Sequence record: NC_071015.1
Reading direction: 5' to 3' (one strand)
Length of the DNA: 64,000 nt
The position numbers and the translations under genes were made by a program. The notes beneath the pieces were generated by a model. That model did not search any database. It was not told the origin of the DNA and saw only the letters and a list, made by a program, of their open reading frames with translations. Within the stretch, counting starts at the first letter, position 1; every line of letters starts with the position of its first letter. Positions 55,696 to 63,998 of the stretch are shown in pieces.

Positions 55696-57258
55696 TTAAC
55701 TGTAACTCTGATTAGAACGACCCATTACGTTATTAATCTTACTTAGGGTTTTGGCTGTTTGCCATCCCCCACGCAGCGCAATCATTGTCGCTGCAGCATT
55801 ATCAAAAACAGTGGTCGGTTTCTCAGAGATTTCACCAGTGACCAAATCGACATATTTGCCGTAATCACTATCGCCCGGACGGATGCCCGTTAAATGTTCA
55901 TACTGCAGACGTAACAATTCGATCAGCTGTTGACGTAACTTTTCAAGCTCCTCATCAGATTGTGCCGGTTGTTCTGCCAGGTGGTCAGCCGCCTTCATAT
56001 AACCGTAACCGATACCCGGAATCACGCCATATTGCAGGCCTGTCTTCGCCGCTTTCATTACGTCTTCGTAACGGTAATAGCGTTCGTTCATGTCAGAGGT
56101 GGTAACACCCGTTACACGAATGATAACGTTATTGGCACGCAGACGAGAAAGACGACGGAAGAGTTCACGTCCCACCACTTGCTGACGTTCCACAATGCTC
56201 ATTGCATCATAACGTGCATCCAACCCTTCCAGGATCTTATCGGCAGCTTCTGCCACGATAGAATCTTCTTTACTGATTGCGATGCCGTTAACACGCAGTG
56301 TAACCATGGACTTCAGCTGAATCAGATCCGGAGCTTGTGATTGACGAATGTCAAAGACAGTACGACCACCCAAGATGTTAGCCAGATCGTTGAAGATGTT
56401 GGTACCCAGCGATCCGCCCGCCTGAAGTTTATACGGCAGGAAGGCGACCCGATTAACGTTATGGTTATACTGACCCAGTACGTTGATGGCGTTCTGCTCA
56501 AAGTTACGAGCAATGATCACAACCAGCTTATCCGGATACGAATTCGCCATCATCGACAGAGTTTCATCATCGATAGTGGCAATGTTGGCATCGATTAACA
56601 GGAAGACTGCATTTGCCGGGGTGCAACCCAGACCACGGTTGTTGGATGGCACAAACGCATCTGCACCGAATTGACCTTCAAAGAAGATGTCTTTGGTCAA
56701 GACCACTTCGTCTTCTTTCAGTGCCGGAACACGTTGAAGAATGACGTTCGGATTCTGGTAATCACGATAGATGCTCAGAATCTGATTGACGATCTCTTCT
56801 TCATAGTTCGAAGAGGTCATCAGCATACGACGAAACTCTTCTGACTTAATGTCACCGGGAATGATCAGGGATCCCAGATAGTCAATCACTTCATTGATCT
56901 GTTCATCCAGGAAACGGATTTCTTTAAAGCCCGCTTTATCCTTGAAGGCATTAAAGAGTTGGAACATTTGGAAGATGGTAGTGGTTGTTCCATCACCCAC
57001 TTCTACGTCAGTTTTGATGGCCGGCTCGGTAATGATCCTTGCGATCATGTTACGGCGGGCTTCGTTGAAGTCCAACGCCTTTGCAACTGACACGCCGTCT
57101 TTGGTTACCTTCGGACGGTTGTTTTCGTTGATGCATGCATAACGGCCATTAGGACCCATGGTTGAGCACACCGACTCGAATGCATTGAGTGCCACTTCTT
57201 CAACGATCGCACGTGTATCTTCAGCATTGGTGAAAGTGGTTTCAGTTAAAACGGACAT
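55696..57258 (-). CDS. groEL: GroEL-like chaperonin
   Basis: TMGPNG, VTKDGVSVA, GDGTTT, YEDVMKAAK...GVIPG; 520 aa. Confidence 0.95.
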   Translation of the reverse strand: MSVLTETTFTNAEDTRAIVEEVALNAFESVCSTMGPNGRYACINENNRPKVTKDGVSVAKALDFNEARRNMIARIITEPAIKTDVEVGDGTTTTIFQMFQLFNAFKDKAGFKEIRFLDEQINEVIDYLGSLIIPGDIKSEEFRRMLMTSSNYEEEIVNQILSIYRDYQNPNVILQRVPALKEDEVVLTKDIFFEGQFGADAFVPSNNRGLGCTPANAVFLLIDANIATIDDETLSMMANSYPDKLVVIIARNFEQNAINVLGQYNHNVNRVAFLPYKLQAGGSLGTNIFNDLANILGGRTVFDIRQSQAPDLIQLKSMVTLRVNGIAISKEDSIVAEAADKILEGLDARYDAMSIVERQQVVGRELFRRLSRLRANNVIIRVTGVTTSDMNERYYRYEDVMKAAKTGLQYGVIPGIGYGYMKAADHLAEQPAQSDEELEKLRQQLIELLRLQYEHLTGIRPGDSDYGKYVDLVTGEISEKPTTVFDNAAATMIALRGGWQTAKTLSKINNVMGRSNQSYS

Positions 57259-57293
57259 CTTCTATTCCTTATTTAAAACATCTAAGTGGGTTA

Positions 57294-57602
57294 TCAATTA
57301 CTGATCTTTTCCATTCGGTCAGTAAAATCTTCTTTACTGCGATGGAAGAGTTGTTTGGAGTCAACGTCCATGTAAACATAACGTGGATAATGGCTCATGC
57401 CCCAAACCGCAATATCCTTTTCATACACCAGTTCATCGGTAGACAGTTGATAAACTTTTATCGACTCCATTTTGGAGAGTCCGGCACCAATGGTATTGCC
57501 AAGACGGCGGGCATTGAGCGGGATCATATCTACCGGTTTAGCGACACCTAACAGTTCGTAAGTGCCACCTTTACCAATGCAAGTATAACGTTCTTGGGAC
57601 AT
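57294..57602 (-). CDS. DUF1653-like protein
   Basis: KGGTYELLGVA...VY...LFHRS-x-x-x-F pattern. Confidence 0.6.
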   Translation of the reverse strand: MSQERYTCIGKGGTYELLGVAKPVDMIPLNARRLGNTIGAGLSKMESIKVYQLSTDELVYEKDIAVWGMSHYPRYVYMDVDSKQLFHRSKEDFTDRMEKISN

Positions 57603-57617
57603 GAGAATTACCTCGTG

Positions 57618-58349
57618 TTAAGCGACGATTTCCAGGACCGGGGGTTCACCACCCACAACCGGAAGAGTGGCAAGATCGCCGCGTCGGTGAATGGTAACGT
57701 CGATAACTTTATTACCGTCGCGTGTTTTAATGAGGAAACGACCATCACGATAGTCTTCCAGGATCAGCCCATCGACCATGCCATTTGTTCCGATGTTTAA
57801 ACAATCGAACCCGTACATGATGTTGTCGTAGCTGTAGTACTTTTTGAACTCTTTCTTGCTCAGACCGATTTTCTGACGTGCGACGTCGACAAATTTCTCC
57901 TGCATTACTTCCACGTAACTTCTCTGGTTTTCTACCTCTTCCTGAGACATCCCGCTGATGCGGATCATCCCATAATGGTAAGTAAACACCGAGTGGGGAT
58001 ACGCCAGCCGGATAAAATCAGATTGGTGTGGGAACAGCGCAGAGGTAGACGCGTTATACAGTTCAGAAATGATCGTCACCGGCACATCCAGTGCGTTCAG
58101 GCGATCAACCAGCTGCATGGCAAGTCCTGGAGTACCACCGTCACTGGTAAGATAGAAAAGGATAGGGACCTTTTTAATGCGGGTCAACATGTTAAAGATC
58201 GGAGTGATCTCTTTCATGTTGAAATCGCCCCGGAAGATAATCTCTTCATATTCAGGACGAGCCGGAGGAGTGACTACCGTAGCTTCTTGAGTTACGGCCG
58301 GGGAGGTGTCTTCTGCATCGGGTAAACTTGCTGCTACTGCTTCAGTCAT
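57618..58349 (-). CDS. clpP: ClpP-like (S14) serine protease
   Basis: FYLTSDGG, NAS (Ser), VFTYH (His), YD (Asp), GMVD; start reassigned to ATG 58349 after GGAG; 243 aa. Confidence 0.8.
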   Translation of the reverse strand: MTEAVAASLPDAEDTSPAVTQEATVVTPPARPEYEEIIFRGDFNMKEITPIFNMLTRIKKVPILFYLTSDGGTPGLAMQLVDRLNALDVPVTIISELYNASTSALFPHQSDFIRLAYPHSVFTYHYGMIRISGMSQEEVENQRSYVEVMQEKFVDVARQKIGLSKKEFKKYYSYDNIMYGFDCLNIGTNGMVDGLILEDYRDGRFLIKTRDGNKVIDVTIHRRGDLATLPVVGGEPPVLEIVA

Positions 58350-58383
58350 TATTATCTCCAGGTTAAAAATGTCACTGTTCATA

Positions 58384-58405
58384 CATAGTAATAATATCGG
58401 TCCAT
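58384..58405 (-). promoter_or_regulatory. putative early promoter (partial match)
   Basis: ATGG-ACCG-ATATTA-TTACT-ATG; same spacing as the other copies, downstream of a terminator. Confidence 0.45.
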
Positions 58406-58428
58406 AAAAAAATAATGATACAAAAACA

Positions 58429-58455
58429 GAGAGTGAGGGGAATCCCCTCACTCTC
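58429..58455 (-). terminator. intrinsic terminator
   Basis: 12-bp stem GAGAGTGAGGGG/CCCCTCACTCTC followed by TGTTTTTG. Confidence 0.9.
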
Positions 58456-58456
58456 A

Positions 58457-58708
58457 TTATCTTTTAATTTCACGATAGAGGGCAACCACAATAAACGCTA
58501 TCAACCAGAACGGCCAGAGCAGATGTACCGTTACCCGTTTAATCCAGTCCCCGTTCATAGACCAGTGAATGTGTTCTTTTAACATATCACCGATGAACAA
58601 ATAAACACTGGCAAAGAACAAGTACGGTGAAATATGCCAAAGCCAAACGCTCGCACCGACAAGCATGATAATAATGATCATCTTTAAGATACTGAATGAA
58701 TGGGTCAT
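58457..58708 (-). CDS. small membrane protein
   Basis: 83 aa, about 3 TM segments; RBS AGGAG. Confidence 0.75.
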   Translation of the reverse strand: MTHSFSILKMIIIIMLVGASVWLWHISPYLFFASVYLFIGDMLKEHIHWSMNGDWIKRVTVHLLWPFWLIAFIVVALYREIKR

Positions 58709-58756
58709 ACAAACTCCTTATAGAGGAGAAGGTATTACCCCTCTCCTCTCAGTCAG

Positions 58757-59041
58757 TTATTTACGTTTTCTGAAAGTACGCTTCGAAGGTTTAGACACAG
58801 TAACGACTTTCTTCGTCACCGGTTCTTTTGGAAGGGTTGCTAAAAGACGTGCAATATCTTCCGGGATCAAACGATTAGTACCCGTTGCGATAAAACGCTG
58901 ACCTAACCGTAATCCGTCAGAAGGAACTTCAAGCACCACCTTACTTCCGCAGAGGGACGCTTTACCGTGCCCCATTTTGGTAATAAAGAAACGCTCATCC
59001 TTCTTTATGTTGGTAATATGTTCAGCCGGGATCAGGAACAT
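58757..59041 (-). CDS. hypothetical basic protein
   Basis: 94 aa, coupled to DHFR (TAATG). Confidence 0.7.
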   Translation of the reverse strand: MFLIPAEHITNIKKDERFFITKMGHGKASLCGSKVVLEVPSDGLRLGQRFIATGTNRLIPEDIARLLATLPKEPVTKKVVTVSKPSKRTFRKRK

Positions 59042-59760
59042 TATTTATCTTCCTTTAACGAGCGAACTGTTTCAGCAACCCAACCCACTGCCGGCTTGTG
59101 TCCATGACTGATCTGAATGAATTCAGAGTCAGGCAGTTTGGCAGCCTCTTCAGTACCGTCCCAAATCTCAAATTTAGGCTGAAGGCAGCTCAGGGCATCA
59201 CGGTAAACCAGATCCCATTTATCCAGGTTGAGATGAACGAAAGCATCCGCCTCAAACTCACCTTTAAAGGTGGTGAGATAAATGCGTGATGTACGCGGCA
59301 TCATGGATTCATACATCTTCGCCCCACCGATAACCATCACTTCCCCGCCACGATGGTGGTGACCTATTGTGGTTTCAAGATACTTAATCGCATCTTCCAG
59401 CCCGGTAGTTACCGTACCGTGAATCGGTTCGCGTTGCCCTTTCTCGGTTTTATAGTAACTGTCAGCCCATTTCGCAAAGTCATCTTGGACTTCTTTATGA
59501 TGTTCCTTCGTCACGATGACGTTATACCGACCCGGAAGCGGCTTACGCCCGATACTCACCCAGGTATTGTAGCCCATGATAATAATCTTGCCTTTGGTCT
59601 TTTCACGAAACCATTGCATATCAGATTTATTATCCACCCCTACCTCTTTCCAAGGCAAGCTGTTGCGCAGTCCCATACCGCCGCGATCATCTACTGCCAT
59701 GATCATGGAGTAAGACAGCGGAGAAACGAAACTATGAATCTTAGTAAAGAAATTGTTCAT
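59041..59760 (-). CDS. folA: dihydrofolate reductase
   Basis: AVDDRGGMG...LPW...DMQWF, IMGYNTW, PLPGRYN, VIGGAKMY, IYLT...EADAF. Confidence 0.95.
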   Translation of the reverse strand: MNNFFTKIHSFVSPLSYSMIMAVDDRGGMGLRNSLPWKEVGVDNKSDMQWFREKTKGKIIIMGYNTWVSIGRKPLPGRYNVIVTKEHHKEVQDDFAKWADSYYKTEKGQREPIHGTVTTGLEDAIKYLETTIGHHHRGGEVMVIGGAKMYESMMPRTSRIYLTTFKGEFEADAFVHLNLDKWDLVYRDALSCLQPKFEIWDGTEEAAKLPDSEFIQISHGHKPAVGWVAETVRSLKEDK

Positions 59761-59772
59761 GATGGTTCCTTC

Positions 59773-60306
59773 TTAAATGGATTTGGCCATGTACATCATG
59801 GTAGACTCATAGCCAAGTTCTTTGTAAAACTCTACTGCCGGAATGTTATTCGGGAGAACAGCAAAGTACGTTGATTTACAGCCTAACCCTTTGGCGACCT
59901 TCTCGACCTTAGCCATGAGAAGAGTGCCGTAACCTTTGTGGCGATACGTTTCGGCGATGTTAACAAATCCAAGCACACCAATCCGCACATTACCAATAAC
60001 CATAGCCCGCAAAATTGTTGTCCCAATCAAATCTCCGTTCTCAATGTCAGTTGCGAGAATCAAAATAGAATCACCTTGAATATAATCAGTTAATTTTTCA
60101 AGGGGTTTTTGTGATGAGTTTTTGTCGAACTCAAATTGTTTTAAAGACTGTTCGTATGCAATCAGCCCTTCAAATTCGGCAAGTACTTTTAGCGCAAGTG
60201 GATCAGGGATATTTTTTAATTCGGCGCGCTTATAAATGGTGTACTCTGGAATTCCACCTTTAGCTTCCAGTCCGGCAATTTGTTCATAAACGTTATCAAG
60301 TGACAT
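59773..60306 (-). CDS. GNAT-family acetyltransferase
   Basis: Acetyl-CoA motif A YRHKGYGTLL; NIPAVEFYKELGY. Confidence 0.9.
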   Translation of the reverse strand: MSLDNVYEQIAGLEAKGGIPEYTIYKRAELKNIPDPLALKVLAEFEGLIAYEQSLKQFEFDKNSSQKPLEKLTDYIQGDSILILATDIENGDLIGTTILRAMVIGNVRIGVLGFVNIAETYRHKGYGTLLMAKVEKVAKGLGCKSTYFAVLPNNIPAVEFYKELGYESTMMYMAKSI

Positions 60307-60377
60307 TTCTTATATTCCTGTAATGGTTGGCAGTAACACCCCATTATTACTTTTAATCAAAAATAATAAAAGTGTGC

Positions 60378-60434
60378 AACCAATCGCACTGACAGTATAA
60401 GGTTATTCACCCTAACTGTTCAGCACGACTGGTT
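60378..60434 (-). other. long imperfect RNA hairpin (about 24 bp) in the 3' UTR of an early gene
   Basis: AACCAGTCGTGCTG-A-ACAGT-TAGGGT-GAATA-ACCTTA-T-ACTGT-CAGTGCGATTGGTT; 4 G-U pairs work only on the minus strand. Confidence 0.7.
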
Positions 60435-60436
60435 TG

Positions 60437-60796
60437 TTATTTTACCGATTCGTATTTCTTGGTGATCAGGTCAAATGCAGCCTGAGTCTCTTCATCCCAT
60501 ACACCAGTTACACGCAGAGTCATTACCAGGTTGTTGGATTCAGAGAAATCATTGAACCAGTTCTGGAAAGTTTCTACGGAGTTGGTAGAGAAGCGAGTGC
60601 GCAGCAGCGGCAGGCAACCAAAGGCACGGCGAGCAATGTCTTTGATAGCAGACATGGTGGCAGAACCGATTTCATCTTCTTTGTCAGCTTTCAGGCACAG
60701 TTTGCCTTTGAAGACAGAGATCAGACGATCTTTGATATATTTAACACCAATAGCATTACGGGTTTCGTAGTGGTTTACATATGCGAAGTTGTTCAT
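60437..60796 (-). CDS. hypothetical early protein
   Basis: 119 aa, RBS GGAG, directly behind the promoter at 60833. Confidence 0.85.
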   Translation of the reverse strand: MNNFAYVNHYETRNAIGVKYIKDRLISVFKGKLCLKADKEDEIGSATMSAIKDIARRAFGCLPLLRTRFSTNSVETFQNWFNDFSESNNLVMTLRVTGVWDEETQAAFDLITKKYESVK

Positions 60797-60832
60797 ACAG
60801 GTATCTCCAGTAAAGTGAATTAAATTATTGTT

Positions 60833-60864
60833 GGTTTATCACTTTAGTAATATAGGTCTGAAAA
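60833..60864 (-). promoter_or_regulatory. putative early promoter
   Basis: TTTTCAGACCTATATTACTAAAGTGATAAACC. Confidence 0.85.
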
Positions 60865-60881
60865 GAAATACAAATGAACAT

Positions 60882-60911
60882 AACCCACTATCCCCGAAAG
60901 GATAGTGGGTT
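60882..60911 (-). terminator. intrinsic terminator
   Basis: AACCCACTATCC-TTTCGG-GGATAGTGGGTT followed by ATGTTCATTT. Confidence 0.85.
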
Positions 60912-60915
60912 GGTA

Positions 60916-61368
60916 TTATGAAAGAGCCGATGCAGAGCGAGGTTGCATTTCTGGAACATGAGGTGAATGATGCTGTTTAAATATCTCGAGTATGCGATCG
61001 AAACATTTCTTCGTTTCCGGACCCCAGTCACCGTCGTTTTGCGGAACCGGAAGTTTCAGACGGCGGGTTTCATCTTTACCCAACTGTTCATAGAGATCGC
61101 CATACCAACGCTGGAACGACATGATACCGTTTTCCCATTGGTCATTGAACGTTCCGCTTTGAAACAGGTGAGCTTCTTTGGCGATGCGGTTAAACACTTT
61201 AAACGACATGGTATTTAAGCCGTGTACCGTGTTGATCCCGTACATCCCATCAATCACCACCTGATGAGGGTATTTGAATTTGTCCAAGTACGTTTGCAAC
61301 ATACCTTGAATGTATCCTACCCCAGCGAGATTACGGAATTCCTGAGGGACCATTGTTGATAGACTCAT
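60916..61368 (-). CDS. protein with peptidoglycan-binding-like repeats, no catalytic domain seen
   Basis: IQGML...VIDGMYGINT and FQRW...DGDWGPETKK. Confidence 0.6.
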   Translation of the reverse strand: MSLSTMVPQEFRNLAGVGYIQGMLQTYLDKFKYPHQVVIDGMYGINTVHGLNTMSFKVFNRIAKEAHLFQSGTFNDQWENGIMSFQRWYGDLYEQLGKDETRRLKLPVPQNDGDWGPETKKCFDRILEIFKQHHSPHVPEMQPRSASALS

Positions 61369-61631
61369 TTCATCTCCAGATTAAAAATGATGGATACCGC
61401 AATCACTACCGCACCCAAAACCAGAATGAGAACACTGGACTTAAATAAGCGCAGTGTGTCACCCTTGATCCAATAGGTGTCGCTATGATAACGATTATAC
61501 AGAAGCGTGATACCTAGCGTACCTAAGATACCACAAAGTACCATGAAAAAGATTTGCAGAAGTAGCATGTTAAATGCCGCTACCCCATAGCCTGTGTAGT
61601 CTGAAGCCCAAGTAATAAAATGGGTTAACAT
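61365..61631 (-). CDS. small membrane protein
   Basis: ATG 61631 after GAGGA; 88 aa, 2 TM. Confidence 0.7.
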   Translation of the reverse strand: MLTHFITWASDYTGYGVAAFNMLLLQIFFMVLCGILGTLGITLLYNRYHSDTYWIKGDTLRLFKSSVLILVLGAVVIAVSIIFNLEMK

Positions 61632-61647
61632 AATTTCCTCACTTAAG

Positions 61648-61669
61648 AGGTGGGGTTTAAACCCCACCT
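61648..61669 (-). terminator. hairpin, possible terminator
   Basis: AGGTGGGGT-TTAA-ACCCCACCT. Confidence 0.65.
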
Positions 61670-61672
61670 TCT

Positions 61673-62854
61673 TTAAATAGCGATGGGAAACTTGATTTTG
61701 TCGTCCGGTTTATATACTCCATCTAAAACAAAATCGCTGTGGTGGTAATCGAACAGTCCTGGTTTGTGATTTAATTTCATCTTCACCGTGGACTGTTGTT
61801 TCTTGCCAGTTGCCCAACGTTCATTCAGAAGTTTCACTCCTTCCAAATGGTTACTGTAAACATGGGAATCCCAGCCAGTGTAATTCACATAGCGAGGAAC
61901 CATGTTCAACTGTTGCGCGAACATCATCAGCAGGGCTGAATACATGTTCATGTTTGCCGGTTGACCGAGTACCCAGTCATTGCTGCGCATGATGAAGTTA
62001 ATATCCAGATAGTGTTTCGGGATATTGTACTTGTCACACAACGCCTCAATTTTCTCAATCGTCCCGCTATTGCGATAAACAGGATAGACAGAGAACCATT
62101 CTCCCTGTGTGCATTGCTCTTTCAGAAGAGTTGCACGCTCATGGAACGGGATTTCCCAGGTGTAGAAGCCAAACGCGAAATGGCACGGTGTTAATGCCAT
62201 CTTACCTTCTGCTGCGTTGTGCGCCGGTAATTTTTTCGGATCCGGTAAGAATGACGGGTTCCAACAATCCACTACCACGCGACGGCTATTAGGATCGGCT
62301 TTAAGCGTCTCCAGAGCGTACGTGAGCTGATCAAAGGTTGTCCCGTCAGGATTAGGCCAGTGTCGCCACTGAACGCCGTATACCGGCCCTAATTCACCCA
62401 CCTGACCTACAGCAGCATTGACCATGTTCGGTATTTCTTGCTTATCAAGTTCAGCGTCGATATCCTCGACTCGCTCGTTAGCAAAAATAACCATAACCTG
62501 ACCAACTGGCATCCCACGTTTATTCGCCAGTAATTTGAGGCGCTCTACACGGTTAAGTTCAACCGGAGTATCCTGCCCTTCTTTTACCGCAAACCCATTC
62601 CAGAACGGACAGCCGTTGTCTTTCAGATATTGGATATTGGAACTGCCCGACATCATCCAGATCATTTCGGTAATCGGCATGGTAGGATCAAAGAACCGGC
62701 CGTTCATCAGCGGGTGACTTTCACGCAGATCGTGAGTGTAGCGAAGATTGGGCAGAGAGTACACTCCGGTGCCGGTACGGTCCCCACGGAACTGTCCATT
62801 CTCAATGATGTTATTGAGTTGTTCCATGTACCAACTTTCATACTTGTTTAACAC
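61673..62854 (-). CDS. thyA: thymidylate synthase
   Basis: DRTGTG, LGPVYGVQWRHW, SRR...WNP, LTPCH, RSND...GQPAN, DSHVYSNH. Confidence 0.97.
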   Translation of the reverse strand: MLNKYESWYMEQLNNIIENGQFRGDRTGTGVYSLPNLRYTHDLRESHPLMNGRFFDPTMPITEMIWMMSGSSNIQYLKDNGCPFWNGFAVKEGQDTPVELNRVERLKLLANKRGMPVGQVMVIFANERVEDIDAELDKQEIPNMVNAAVGQVGELGPVYGVQWRHWPNPDGTTFDQLTYALETLKADPNSRRVVVDCWNPSFLPDPKKLPAHNAAEGKMALTPCHFAFGFYTWEIPFHERATLLKEQCTQGEWFSVYPVYRNSGTIEKIEALCDKYNIPKHYLDINFIMRSNDWVLGQPANMNMYSALLMMFAQQLNMVPRYVNYTGWDSHVYSNHLEGVKLLNERWATGKKQQSTVKMKLNHKPGLFDYHHSDFVLDGVYKPDDKIKFPIAI

Positions 62855-62863
62855 GTTATCCCC

Positions 62864-63067
62864 TTAACTATTTTTAACCGCGACCATCACCATAAATAAT
62901 ACCACTCCCCCAAACAAACCGGAGAGAGTGTATCCAAGCGCGACGTCGCCTAATTTCTTCAACTTATCTTGTTGGACAACATTAAGCCCGTTCCAGCACT
63001 TAGTAAATACTGCCCAACTTACTCCAGCGATAATGGCAAGAAGTAAAAATGTTTGATACTGGTTCAC
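62864..63067 (-). CDS. small membrane protein
   Basis: 67 aa, 2 TM. Confidence 0.65.
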   Translation of the reverse strand: MNQYQTFLLLAIIAGVSWAVFTKCWNGLNVVQQDKLKKLGDVALGYTLSGLFGGVVLFMVMVAVKNS

Positions 63068-63324
63068 TAGTCTTTCCTTTGATACTTAAGCGCAAACCGC
63101 TTCAAGCAATAGTTGAACCCCCAGTGATGACCAATCAATACCAGGATGACGGTCCACGAGATTTTATCCACCGTTTTGGCAATCGCTCCCAGATCAGGAT
63201 ACTGCCAAGCAACCAGCCACGACCCGATCATAAACAGTATCGCAACCAGTTCCAGAATGACGATCCATTTAGGATAGATCGGATTCGCAATCGTCTTTTG
63301 GGAGGAAGGAGCAGAGGAAGGCAT
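63067..63324 (-). CDS. small membrane protein
   Basis: 85 aa, 2 TM. Confidence 0.65.
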   Translation of the reverse strand: MPSSAPSSQKTIANPIYPKWIVILELVAILFMIGSWLVAWQYPDLGAIAKTVDKISWTVILVLIGHHWGFNYCLKRFALKYQRKD

Positions 63325-63481
63325 AAGTAAAGTACCCTATAGCAATGGCGAGCAGCATATTCGCTTTAAATAAGAAATTGTAAAACTCAACGTCGAGTTT
63401 ACCCCAGTGCAATATACAACAGTTGGTCGTAAAGAAAATGATTAACAACACGTATGCAGAAACGATCAGTTTAAACAGCAT
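63269..63481 (-). CDS. small membrane protein
   Basis: 70 aa, 2 TM. Confidence 0.6.
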   Translation of the reverse strand: MLFKLIVSAYVLLIIFFTTNCCILHWGKLDVEFYNFLFKANMLLAIAIGYFTYAFLCSFLPKDDCESDLS

Positions 63482-63998
63482 GTTTCATTTCCTGTACAAC
63501 GGGTTTACGGTACGAGCGGTATTTACCAGAGACAATGTCTTCGATACCTACCGGGCCATTCGGTAACAGATCAATACAAACGTTCACATAGCGTTCATCT
63601 TGAATGATATCCGTATGGGTGTGCCCATGCACCATGAGACGTCCACGAAGCTGGGAGGGGTGTAATGGAGCGTGTCCAAAGTAGATAGGGGATTTAGGAT
63701 GTTTCCATAATCCATACAGTTCGTCGTAGACTTCTAACAAGTCGCGGGTATTGTTTTGACGTTCGTTGTCATGGTTCCCCATCACTAAGATCTTCTTTCC
63801 CGGTAACTTCTTTAGGAAAACCAACCCTTCATGATAGAGCGCCATGTCCCCGACCAAAATCGCAATGGTGCGGGGCGTGACTTTTGAACACCAGGTATCA
63901 GCGAAGTATTCTTGGAACGCTGCGACCGATTCATACCCACGACGCTTACAAGCGGCAGGATGATCAACGTGACCATCTGCCCAGCAAACGGTATTCAT
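63471..63998 (-). CDS. calcineurin-like metallophosphoesterase
   Basis: ADGH, VGD, MGNHD, GHAP, VHGHTH. Confidence 0.9.
   Translation of the reverse strand: MNTVCWADGHVDHPAACKRRGYESVAAFQEYFADTWCSKVTPRTIAILVGDMALYHEGLVFLKKLPGKKILVMGNHDNERQNNTRDLLEVYDELYGLWKHPKSPIYFGHAPLHPSQLRGRLMVHGHTHTDIIQDERYVNVCIDLLPNGPVGIEDIVSGKYRSYRKPVVQEMKHAV

Noticed and set aside
61673-62854. Group I intron or dCMP hydroxymethylase interpretation of thyA
   Set aside because: Frame is uninterrupted, and the specificity residue is Asn (dUMP), not Asp
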